DNA of 13,265 bases from Myxococcales bacterium (GCA_037441385.1 JBBISH010000155.1:1-13265), one strand, 5' to 3'; shown: positions 1-11,778, numbered from the stretch's first letter. The notes: generated by a model not told the origin, from the sequence alone. Made by a program: numbers and translations.

Positions 1-1
1 G

Positions 2-433
2 CAGATCGTCGCGGGCAAGATCGCCGTGGGCTCCAGCGGCGCCATCCGTGCCGACGGCGGCCACGGTGGCAACTTGATCAGCGATCGCGACGGCGGCGCG
101 GGCGGCGGTGGCTCGGGCGGCTCGATCTGGCTGCGCGCCACTTCGGTGTCGCTCGCGGGCACGTGCTCGGCGCTGGGCGGCGCCGGCGGCAAGTCCGACA
201 AACTCAACAGCTACGGCGGCGACGGTGGCGCTGGCGCGGCAGGCCGCATCGTGGTCGATTCGGTGGCCCAAGTCATCGGCTCCACCACGCCCACCTACGA
301 CACGTCGAACACCACCGGCCTCGACATCATTGGCGCCAACAAGTTCGCCATGCAGACCGACGGCGCCGGCACCGTGACCCTGATCAATCAGTCGGGCGCG
401 GCGCAAAAGGTCATGCTGGTGGTCACTTACTAG
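2..433 (+). CDS. C-terminal part of a glycine-rich, probably secreted/surface protein (5' end outside the window)
   Basis: The frame is open from position 2 (QIVAGKIAVGSSGAIRADGG...) to TAG at 431-433, with strong GC3 codon bias. It carries GGGGSGGSIWL and GGAGAAGRIVV glycine-rich motifs of the kind seen in large extracellular proteins. No specific function can be assigned. Confidence 0.8.
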   Translation, partial: QIVAGKIAVGSSGAIRADGGHGGNLISDRDGGAGGGGSGGSIWLRATSVSLAGTCSALGGAGGKSDKLNSYGGDGGAGAAGRIVVDSVAQVIGSTTPTYDTSNTTGLDIIGANKFAMQTDGAGTVTLINQSGAAQKVMLVVTY

Positions 434-594
434 AACACCCATCACAAACCTCCGACGTTCAGAGCAACGAAACCACTCGCGGACGAAAACTCGTTGATGC
501 TCAGTGGGTCGCAAGCGGGCCCCCCAGAGCCCTGCACTGGCGCGACCCGCCGCGACGTTTGCCCGCAGGTCCGGGTTTCTGATCGGTGCTCTAG
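430..594 (-). mobile_element. MITE-like element, copy A (157 bp, 434-590) flanked by CTAG
   Basis: CTAG at 430-433 and 591-594. Terminal inverted repeats AACACCCATCACAAACC (434-450) and GGTTTCTGATCGGTGCT (574-590) match 14/17. The reverse complement of 501-594 matches 13047-13140 at 86/94, ungapped. Confidence 0.75.
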
Positions 595-731
595 CAGCCT
601 GAAGGCCGTTGCTCGCGGGCAGCCCGCCATGTTTCGCAGGATCGCCGGCCGAGCCCAACGCGGGTTCCGTTGCCAGCCCGCGGCAGAATCGGCGGAATCC
701 AACTGAATTGGCTCCAAGGATTCTGGTCATT

Positions 732-779
732 GTTGGGGTCCGAACGGGGACCCCAACGGTTCTCGCCGGTCGCAGACCG
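732..779. repeat. Hairpin plus dispersed repeat module shared with the window end
   Basis: Perfect 10-bp stem GTTGGGGTCC (732-741) / GGACCCCAAC (748-757). The reverse complement of 760-779 matches 13183-13202 at 19/20. Confidence 0.65.
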
Positions 780-835
780 CGTCCGGGAAACCTTGCCGAT
801 GTCGATCCGGTGGGGTGCGTGTCACGAGCTGCGCT

Positions 836-868
836 GGCTTGAACAGGCCTTGCGCACGATTTGCACAG
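836..868 (+). promoter_or_regulatory. Putative CarH operator: three tandem 11-bp direct repeats
   Basis: GGCTTGAACAG (836-846), GCCTTGCGCAC (847-857), GATTTGCACAG (858-868). Two fit the nnnnTnnACAn CarH repeat exactly and one has a single mismatch. The period is exactly 11 bp and the site lies upstream of a carH-like gene. Confidence 0.65.
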
Positions 869-885
869 CGCCGCGATTGGCGGCA

Positions 886-924
886 GGCTATGCAGTCTGG
901 CTATGCAGTCTGGCTATGCAGTCT
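886..924 (+). repeat. Perfect tandem repeat, 3 x GGCTATGCAGTCT (13 bp)
   Basis: Exact copies at 886-898, 899-911 and 912-924, abutting the GGAGAG ribosome-binding site at 925-930. Confidence 0.95.
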
Positions 925-934
925 GGAGAGTGCC

Positions 935-1924
935 ATGTCCAGTCCAACCACCCCGTCTGACCCGTCCGCCCCAGGCGCCAGCGGCGCAGTGTTGCCGCGC
1001 CTGAGCATTGGCGCCGTAGCCCGCGCCGTCGGCATCCCCGTCGAGACGCTGCGAACGTGGGAGCGGCGCTACGGATTTCCCGTTGGCGAGCGCGATGACG
1101 GCGGGCAGCGCCAGTACGACGTCGCCGCCGTGCTGCACCTGCAGGTCATCAAGCGGGCCTTGGGACACGGCATGCGCGCCAGTCAGGTCGTGCCGCTCAG
1201 CCTGCCGGATCTGCGGCGCCTGCTGGCCCAGACCGAGCCCATGCCACCGGTGGAGCCGCCGCCGCGGCCGCCGGGCGTGCCAACCCTGCCTGCGCAAGCC
1301 GTGCCGACTGGGGACCTGCACCGCCTGCTCGACGCCATCCAGCGTTTTGACGGCGACAGCCTGGCCGCGATGCTGCAGCGCGGGGCTCTGCAGGCCGGTT
1401 GTGTGGCGTTCCTAGACGATTTGGCGCGGCCGCTGATGATCGAAGTGGGGCGGCGGTGGGCCACGGGCGAGCTCACCGTGGCGCACGAGCACTTTGCCAG
1501 CGAGCACCTGCGTGCCCGCCTGGCCGATCTGAACGTTGCCGATCGCCATGGCGCCCCGTGCGTGGTGTGCGCCAATTTGCCCGGCGAGCGGCACAGCCTG
1601 GGCCTGGAGATGGCTGCCGTGGTGCTGCGCCAGTCGGGCCTGCGGGTGCTGTACCTGGGCGCCGACATGCCCCTGGGCGATCTGGCACGCACGGCACACT
1701 TTGTTCAGAAGAACATGGAGCTGGCCGCTGTCTTGGTCAGTCTGTCGCCATCGGTCGAGGCGCGCAACGCCCGCGACCAATTGGCACAGCTGCGCAGCCT
1801 GGTGCCCCAAGATGTCCCCGTGTTGGCGGGTGGAGCCGGCGCGCCCACCGAGGTGGCGGGCATCGTTTTGCACCGCAGCGTTCGCGAGCTGCAGGCTTGG
1901 GCCCTGCGGCGCGTTGCCGGCTAG
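935..1924 (+). CDS. carH: MerR-family regulator with cobalamin-binding domain (CarH/LitR-type AdoB12 photoreceptor), 329 aa
   Basis: N-terminal MerR HTH with LRTWERRYG, a Pro-rich linker, a W-x9-EH motif (WATGELTVAHEH), the base-off B12 motif ExHxxG (ERHSLG), and Rossmann SLS and GG motifs. ATG at 935 follows GGAGAG, so it is preferred over the ORF-track start at 815. Confidence 0.9.
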   Translation: MSSPTTPSDPSAPGASGAVLPRLSIGAVARAVGIPVETLRTWERRYGFPVGERDDGGQRQYDVAAVLHLQVIKRALGHGMRASQVVPLSLPDLRRLLAQTEPMPPVEPPPRPPGVPTLPAQAVPTGDLHRLLDAIQRFDGDSLAAMLQRGALQAGCVAFLDDLARPLMIEVGRRWATGELTVAHEHFASEHLRARLADLNVADRHGAPCVVCANLPGERHSLGLEMAAVVLRQSGLRVLYLGADMPLGDLARTAHFVQKNMELAAVLVSLSPSVEARNARDQLAQLRSLVPQDVPVLAGGAGAPTEVAGIVLHRSVRELQAWALRRVAG

Positions 1925-2076
1925 AGAGCGGATCAGTTTGGACTTTCTCCGCGCATCCGAGCCGTCGAAATCGGCGCGGCGTGTCGCCGCCGGCGCTCGC
2001 TTGCGCCCCACTTGGGCTCGGAAACGCGACCGGCAGGGCGAATAGCTGAACGAACCTCTGGTATTTGGTCGAGTCT

Positions 2077-2080
<4 letters not shown>
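1921..2080 (+). mobile_element. MITE-like element, copy B (152 bp, 1925-2076, diverged) flanked by CTAG
   Basis: CTAG at 1921-1924 and 2077-2080. Its ends resemble the copy A/C terminal repeat (AGAGCGGATCAG vs AGCACCGATCAG, 9/12). Internal GCTCGCTTGCGCCCCACT (1995-2012) matches copy A at 16/18, at the same offset (71) from the end. Confidence 0.6.
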
Positions 2081-6924
<4,844 letters not shown>

Positions 6925-6995
6925 GGGCCCTCCACGAGGGCGCTGTTCGCAGACGCACTGCCTTGTTGGCCCACGACTGCGAACTCAGTAGTGCG

Positions 6996-7024
6996 ATTCT
7001 AGTCGGTGCAGAAAGGAGCGTCAA
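6996..7024 (-). promoter_or_regulatory. Sigma70-type promoter of the hybrid kinase
   Basis: Minus strand TTGACG (7024-7019), 17-bp spacer, TAGAAT (7001-6996). Both boxes match consensus 5/6, about 70 bp upstream of the ATG. Confidence 0.75.
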
Positions 7025-7329
7025 AATGCCAGCAGTGGGTATTCGCAACAGGCAATGGGCGGTATGGGCTGTGCGCGATCGCTGTGGGCAAGCCCGGCCA
7101 CCGCGCATCGCCGCCGGTTGACGGCTGGCCAACGCCAGTGGCCGCCAGTCTGCGAGTTGGCTTGGCGATCGAAATGGTGTCGAACCGCCAACTGCAGCCA
7201 TGTTCCAGGCCGGGCTTTGCTGGCGGCTGGAGCTGCTACTTGGCGCGACCGTTGCCGTCCGGACTCGATCCTGCGGCGCCGAGCTGCCCCCTCAACCTGC
7301 TTTGCAGCCGCTCTGGCCCGCGGCGAAAT

Positions 7330-7725
7330 CCAGTACTACAAACCCGAAGTTCGTTCAGGTATGGGCCTTTCGAATGGTTTGTAGTGCTAGCCTTTTCAGC
7401 AAGTGGAGGGGGCGCGCCGCGCACTCTTGGACCCCCGTCCCCTGCGACCCCCGCGTGCGGCTTGCGCCGCCTAGTACGCCGCCGACCGCAACCCCGAAAG
7501 AACTTGAGATTTGGCGTACTAGGAGCCTGTCGGCAAAATAGGCGACACTACATGTCCATTTAGTTATGCATTATGATCTTATTGGGTGCCGCCAGTCTCC
7601 TAGCCTTTTTCGTTTGTCCAACTGGCCGAAAATCGCCCGAAGTGAATTCGTGCGATTTCAGCCAGTTGCCGCCGCGCAAGACGCGGCGCTAGGATTGTGC
7701 CGGGATTATTCCGACACGCTCCTAG
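7330..7725. repeat. Cluster of CTAG-delimited mini inverted-repeat units and hairpins
   Basis: CTAG at 7387, 7471, 7519, 7600, 7689, 7722 (plus CCAG at 7330). Inverted-repeat pairs: 7332-7344/7376-7388 (12/13), 7470-7480/7513-7523 (11/11), 7523-7535/7587-7599 (11/13), 7619-7626/7661-7668 (8/8 plus inner stems), 7688-7694/7720-7726 (7/7 plus inner stem). Confidence 0.8.
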
Positions 7726-7778
7726 CCGGCCTGCAAAGCAAGTTGCGGCCCTGGCGTCACAGGTTGGCAACGCGGGCC

Positions 7779-7807
7779 TTGACCTTGGACCGGGCGAACC
7801 GCACTCT
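7779..7807 (+). promoter_or_regulatory. Possible sigma70 promoter for the beta-barrel/YtkA/YHS cluster
   Basis: TTGACC (7779-7784), 17 bp, CACTCT (7802-7807). The -35 box is good and the -10 box is poor. Confidence 0.25.
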
Positions 7808-7924
7808 CACAAGCTGCGGCGGGCGTCATGTGGCCGGGCTCGTTTTGCAGCGTGAACGTGTAGGCATATTCGAGCGTTGCAGGGGGAGCCGGCCGCGTCG
7901 AACAAGCTCTCAAGTGGGGTGGGT

Positions 7925-8842
7925 ATGAAATGGGCAGGCGCGGCCTTGGCTGCCCTCTTGTTGTTGGCGCCTGGACCGGCGTACGCGGCGGCTTGTTGCG
8001 TGTCGGCGTCCGTGTTCGGCATTGGCCGCCTGCTGCCATGGGAACCGGCCGCTTTTGGTGTGCTCACCAGCTATGCCAACTCGACGGGGCGCTACGACGG
8101 CGAGGGGATCTACCGCGCCTTTCCCACCGGCTATCGCGAGTCCGAGTGGCGCACTGACTTGTGGGGTATGGCGCGGCTCTCGGAAAAATGGCAAGCCTTT
8201 GGCCGGGTTCCATGGGTGGTCGGCTTCCGTTCGGCCGAAGGTGCGGGCGATCACACCGGCCAGGGCCTGGGCGACCTGCAGGTGGGTGCGCGCTGGGACA
8301 CGTTGCTGCCGGGCGAACTTCACCACTGGCCCGCGCTGGCGTTTACCGCCACGGTGACCACCCCCACCTCGACGCGGGCCGAGCAAGCCAAGGATCTGCT
8401 CGCGGCCGACGCCACCGGACGCGGGGCGTGGGTGCTGGGCCTGGCCGTAGCGATCGAGAAGGCCTGGATGCCTTGGTTCGCCCGCGCCGAGGGCGGCCTG
8501 ACCGTGCCCCTGGCTTTTGTGCGCAGCGACACCCAGGAATCCCAGCGCTACGGTATGGGTTTGCAGGCTGGTCTGTCGGCTGGCGTAGAGCTCAAACCCG
8601 ACAAACTGGTCTTGGCCCTGCAGCTCTTGGCGGATCGCGAGGCAGCGACGCTGGTCAACGATGTGGCTCAGCCCGACACCAAGGCCATCGGTGGCACTGC
8701 GGCGCTGGCTTTGTCTTGGAAGTTTGCGTTTTCTTGGACACTTATGGGTAATGTCGCCACGGACGCGCCCGGCGCTTGGCTAGGGGCGCGCAATCGCCCC
8801 GAACGGTGGGCTGGCACCCTGGGTTTGCGCTACGGTCTGTAG
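7925..8842 (+). CDS. Putative outer-membrane beta-barrel 'transporter' (Phenol_MetA_deg/PF13557-like) with N-terminal Cys-Cys, 305 aa
   Basis: Signal peptide MKWAGAALAALLLLAPGPAYA followed by AACC. GLGDLQVGARW, TTPT and ATGRG motifs, many Trp/aromatic amphipathic strands, and a beta-signal-like C-terminus (GTLGLRYGL). ATG at 7925 is chosen because it starts the signal peptide. Confidence 0.7.
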   Translation: MKWAGAALAALLLLAPGPAYAAACCVSASVFGIGRLLPWEPAAFGVLTSYANSTGRYDGEGIYRAFPTGYRESEWRTDLWGMARLSEKWQAFGRVPWVVGFRSAEGAGDHTGQGLGDLQVGARWDTLLPGELHHWPALAFTATVTTPTSTRAEQAKDLLAADATGRGAWVLGLAVAIEKAWMPWFARAEGGLTVPLAFVRSDTQESQRYGMGLQAGLSAGVELKPDKLVLALQLLADREAATLVNDVAQPDTKAIGGTAALALSWKFAFSWTLMGNVATDAPGAWLGARNRPERWAGTLGLRYGL

Positions 8843-8982
8843 GCAGGTTTGGGAGCCAAACCCGTGTGGCCCCGCGGGTGTGGGTGTTGTAGAATTGTCC
8901 GCTGTTTCAGTGGGTTGTGAGCTATTTGGCGGCGCTTTGCGGTGGCTGTTGGGCAAGCTGGATGGCACAGGGAGGCAAGGGC

Positions 8983-9930
8983 ATGGGCACGCGGTCGATG
9001 AAAGGTATGGGGATGGCGGGGCTTTGGCTGCAGGCCGTGGTACTGCTTGGGGCGGCGGCCTGCGACTCAGGCACTGCGGCCACGGCCAGCACCGACGCGG
9101 CCGTCGCCAGCGACGCCACCGATACCAATGGTGCCGTGGGCTCTGACGGCAACAGCGCCACCGACGGCGCGATCAACGGCGCGAGCGACACGGCCACCAC
9201 CGCGTTTGTGCCGGGCGATCCGCCCGCTGGCTGGCAGGCGCTGGGGTACGGGCAAAACGGCGACTTGGCTGTGGAAGTGTTCGCGCCGCAAGTCCCCACC
9301 ATGGGTCAAAACTACCTGGCCTACCGCGTGACTGCCCAGGGTACGCAGGTCAGCGCGGCCCACATCCTGCAGGCGCCCCACATGGGCATGGCCGGCGCCC
9401 AGCACGGCTGCCCGGTCATCGACCCGCCCGACACCGCCGACGATCTGGCCCTGTTTCAAGGGATTTCCGTGTTCCAAATGGCCAGCGCGGCCGACGCCCC
9501 GTGGCGCCTGGACTTGAACGTAGAAGTGCCGCTTGGGGCCGCAGCGCGCGCGGTGGCGATCGACAACTTGACGGTCAGCAAGTCGGCGTGGGTCGCGTCG
9601 GTCACGGCAGCCGACGGCACCAAGACGATCGTGTCGCTGTACTTCCCCAAGAAGCCCAAGGTGGGGTTGAACCCCTATACCGTGACCGTCCACAGCGATG
9701 CGGGCGACGATGTGAACTTCCCGGCCATTGCCGACGCGACGGTCAAAGCCACACCGCTGATGGTCACCATGGGCCACGGCTCTAGCGGCAACGTGGCGCC
9801 GGTGGCCAAGGGGGGCGGGCTCTACGCCGGCAAGGCCAGTTTCTCGATGCCCGGCGAGTGGAAGCTGACGTTGGCCGTCACCGCTGGCGGCAAGTCGCTG
9901 GGTTCGGCGGCGTTCAAGATCGTGCTGTAG
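8983..9930 (+). CDS. Lipoprotein with two YtkA/FixH-like domains (Met/His-rich), 315 aa
   Basis: GGAGG at 8971-8975, 7 nt before the ATG. Lipobox-like LLGAAAC and an Asp/Ala/Thr/Ser linker. Domain 1: PHMGMAGAQHGCP...GISVFQMAS...WRLDLNV. Domain 2: PLMVTMGHGS...GLYAGKASFSMPGEWKLTLAV (YtkA-like signature). Confidence 0.75.
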   Translation: MGTRSMKGMGMAGLWLQAVVLLGAAACDSGTAATASTDAAVASDATDTNGAVGSDGNSATDGAINGASDTATTAFVPGDPPAGWQALGYGQNGDLAVEVFAPQVPTMGQNYLAYRVTAQGTQVSAAHILQAPHMGMAGAQHGCPVIDPPDTADDLALFQGISVFQMASAADAPWRLDLNVEVPLGAAARAVAIDNLTVSKSAWVASVTAADGTKTIVSLYFPKKPKVGLNPYTVTVHSDAGDDVNFPAIADATVKATPLMVTMGHGSSGNVAPVAKGGGLYAGKASFSMPGEWKLTLAVTAGGKSLGSAAFKIVL

Positions 9931-9966
9931 CGGCAGTGGCGTTCGGTGGACAAGGGGGGGGTGGCC

Positions 9967-10260
9967 ATGACGATGCGCTGGGGATTGGCAGTGGTGTTCG
10001 CCAGCTCGGTGATCACGGCGTGTGGCGCGGCACCTGCGCGGCCCGCGACGGATGCCCCAGGCGCCGCTGCGCCTGCCCGGCCGGCCCAAGCGACCTGCCC
10101 CGTCATGGGCGAGACTTTTGCGCCCAGCGACGAGACGGAATATGCCGACTACAAAGGCGTTACCTACTGGTTCTGCTGCCGCGGCTGCCGAGGCAAGTTC
10201 CTGGCCGAGCCCGAGCGCTACTTGAAGTCCGCCGCCGAGCGCGGGCTCAAGCTGCCGTAG
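9967..10260 (+). CDS. YHS-domain lipoprotein, 97 aa
   Basis: Lipobox ITAC, an Ala/Pro linker, and the YHS pattern CPVMG...YKGVTYWFCCRGCRGKFLAEPERY. The exact start is uncertain (9961, 9967 or 9973). Confidence 0.85.
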   Translation: MTMRWGLAVVFASSVITACGAAPARPATDAPGAAAPARPAQATCPVMGETFAPSDETEYADYKGVTYWFCCRGCRGKFLAEPERYLKSAAERGLKLP

Positions 10261-10456
10261 GACCGGCTGCCGCCATTCGCGCACCCAGACCGCGCATGTA
10301 GCTGCGCTCTGCCTGAGTAAAATCTGGTGGCGTCGGGGCCAAGGCCAGCGCCCTGCGAACCGGCCCGTGTCGCGACCGCGTAGCCCGAATCGCGTCGCAC
10401 CGTTCCTGGTCCAGCGTGCATCTTGGATCGGGGGCGCGTGCGGCCAGACCGTGCCC

Positions 10457-10484
10457 TTGACAGGAAACTGAACGAGTGCATATT
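10457..10484 (+). promoter_or_regulatory. Putative sigma70 promoter of the permease pair, with an operator half-site in the spacer
   Basis: Perfect TTGACA (10457-10462), 16 bp, CATATT (10479-10484), in an AT-rich patch about 40 bp before the ATG. The spacer contains GAAACTGAACGA (10464-10475). Confidence 0.6.
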
Positions 10485-10521
10485 TATGTCCAAGCGGCGT
10501 GGCCGCGCTTGGGAGTTAGCC

Positions 10522-11751
10522 ATGTGGAACCTGCTGCGGATCGCCGTCCGCAACGTCTTGCGCAACCGCCGCCGCACCCTGATCACCCTGGCTGCATTGC
10601 TGGTCGGCGTGGGGGTCATGGTGTCGATCCGCGGAGTTCTCAACGGCTTTCAAACATCGCTGGTCGAGAGCGTGATCGGCGGCCAGACCGGCGCCCTGCA
10701 AATCCACAAGAAGGGCTTCTTGAAGAACGTGCTGGCGGCGCCCCTGACGCTGGACTTGGCCGCCGACACGGCTGCGCTGCGCAAGATCGAGCAAGTGCCG
10801 CACGTGACGGCGGTCGCGCCGCGCATCGTGTTTGCCGGCATGGTCAATCTGGGCGAAGAGACCATCTTCCTGGCGCTGCAAGCCGTTGATCCTGCTAAGG
10901 AATTCAAGGTTTGTCATCTGCGGCGCGACACGATCTACGACCAGGGGCGCTTCAAAGACGGCACCGTGGCCGACGCGATGGTGGTCACGACCGAGATGGA
11001 CAAGGCCCTGCGCGACAAGGCCGTGAAAACCAAGGACCCGCCCGCGTTGCTGGCGCCGGACAAGGACGGGCAGCTCTCTGGCGAAAATGTGAGCCTGGTC
11101 GGCACGTTGGCCTTGAATGGCCCAGGCGAGCGCAAGCTGGGGCTGGTGCGGCTCGATGTCGCGCAGCGCCTGCTCAAGATGGAGGGGCGCGCGACCGAAC
11201 TGCTGATCGCCGTGGACGACATCAACCAGATCCCGGCGGTGCAAAAGGCGCTGCAACAGCTGATGGGTCCGGAGTACGAGGTGAGCACCTGGGAGGACAT
11301 TGCCAAGTTCGTCGTGTCGGCCCGCGAGCGGCAGAACGTGATCATCAGCGTCATCGCGGCGATCTTCATGCTGCTGATGCTGCTTGGCGTTGCCAACACG
11401 ATGCTGATGAGCGTGCTGGAACGGACCCGCGAGATCGGCACGATGATGGCGGTGGGGGTGCGGCGCGGGCGGATCGTGGTGCTGTTCCTGTTCGAGGCGC
11501 TGTTCATCGGCGGCCTGGGCGGCGTGGTCGGCAGCAGCGTGGGCTACGGGGTGGTGCTGGCGCTCGCCAAGCGCGGCATCGAGGTTACCGCCCCGGGCAG
11601 CAACGTGCCGTTTACGATTCGGCCATTCGTGCCGCCTACTTATCTTGCAGTGGTCACGGTGCTGGCGGCGCTGGGCGCGCTGGGCTTTGCGCTGTACCCG
11701 GCCTGGCGGGCCAGCAAGCTGCGGCCGGTCGAGGCCCTGGCTGGTGGCTGA
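10522..11751 (+). CDS. ABC transporter permease, MacB/FtsX/LolC-E family, 409 aa
   Basis: IAVRNVLRNRRRTLITL start, TM1, a large periplasmic domain, NTMLMSVLERTREIGTMMAVG, three more TMs, and PAWRASKLRPVEAL at the end. GGAG RBS at 10512-10515. Confidence 0.93.
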   Translation: MWNLLRIAVRNVLRNRRRTLITLAALLVGVGVMVSIRGVLNGFQTSLVESVIGGQTGALQIHKKGFLKNVLAAPLTLDLAADTAALRKIEQVPHVTAVAPRIVFAGMVNLGEETIFLALQAVDPAKEFKVCHLRRDTIYDQGRFKDGTVADAMVVTTEMDKALRDKAVKTKDPPALLAPDKDGQLSGENVSLVGTLALNGPGERKLGLVRLDVAQRLLKMEGRATELLIAVDDINQIPAVQKALQQLMGPEYEVSTWEDIAKFVVSARERQNVIISVIAAIFMLLMLLGVANTMLMSVLERTREIGTMMAVGVRRGRIVVLFLFEALFIGGLGGVVGSSVGYGVVLALAKRGIEVTAPGSNVPFTIRPFVPPTYLAVVTVLAALGALGFALYPAWRASKLRPVEALAGG

Positions 11752-11764
11752 GAATCGGGGCAAG

Positions 11765-11778
11765 TGAACGATCGTTCA
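11765..11778. promoter_or_regulatory. Perfect 14-bp palindrome TGAACGATCGTTCA, candidate dimeric-regulator operator
   Basis: Exact palindrome in the 72-bp gap between the permeases. 11772-11783 is the exact reverse complement of 10464-10475. Confidence 0.55.

Noticed and set aside
430..594. Integron attC interpretation of the palindromic elements overlapping stop codons
   Set aside because: No RYYYAAC...GTTRRRY cores, lengths above the usual attC range, mixed orientations, and no integrase. CTAG flanks with terminal inverted repeats fit a MITE better.
815..934. Extended N-termini from the ORF track (starts at 815, 7877, 8917, 10423, 11764)
   Set aside because: Downstream ATGs have an RBS and/or begin signal peptides or family-typical N-termini. 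The extensions mostly translate operator, repeat or promoter DNA.
7026..7121. 31-aa small ORF (MPAVGIRNRQWAVWAVRDRCGQARPPRIAAG) behind AAAGGAG
   Set aside because: The RBS-like sequence is the spacer of the opposite-strand kinase promoter, codon usage lacks the GC3 bias of the real genes, and there is no recognisable motif. It cannot be fully excluded without ribosome profiling.
7558..7585. dif/XerCD-like site in the AT-rich patch
   Set aside because: ATTTA and CATTATG are present but about 4 bp too close, and the arms do not fit the 11-6-11 layout.
7330..7725. CRISPR array
   Set aside because: No conserved 23-47 bp direct repeat, irregular CTAG spacing (84, 48, 81, 89, 33 bp), and no cas genes.
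7777..7810. CueR/MerR-type operator (CCTTGACCTT... start) upstream of the metal cluster
   Set aside because: Only the left half resembles it. The dyad partner (AAGGT) is missing and there is no -10 box at 19-bp spacing.
6925..7924. Cobalamin riboswitch (prompted by the B12-binding regulator and the transporter)
   Set aside because: I found no B12-box or the conserved GGGAA/GCCACTG/GGGAAG elements in the right order on either strand.
7006..7928. ORF-track ORFs in the divergent intergenic region (e.g. 7006-7563, 7566-7928, 6647-7201)
   Set aside because: Atypical composition, no domains, and they run through promoter and inverted-repeat DNA.
8846..8895. Terminator (GGTTTGG-GAG-CCAAACC, 8846-8862) or internal promoter (TAGAAT, 8890-8895) between the barrel and YtkA genes
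   Set aside because: The hairpin has no U-tract, and the -10 box lacks a credible -35 or extended TG. Too weak to call.
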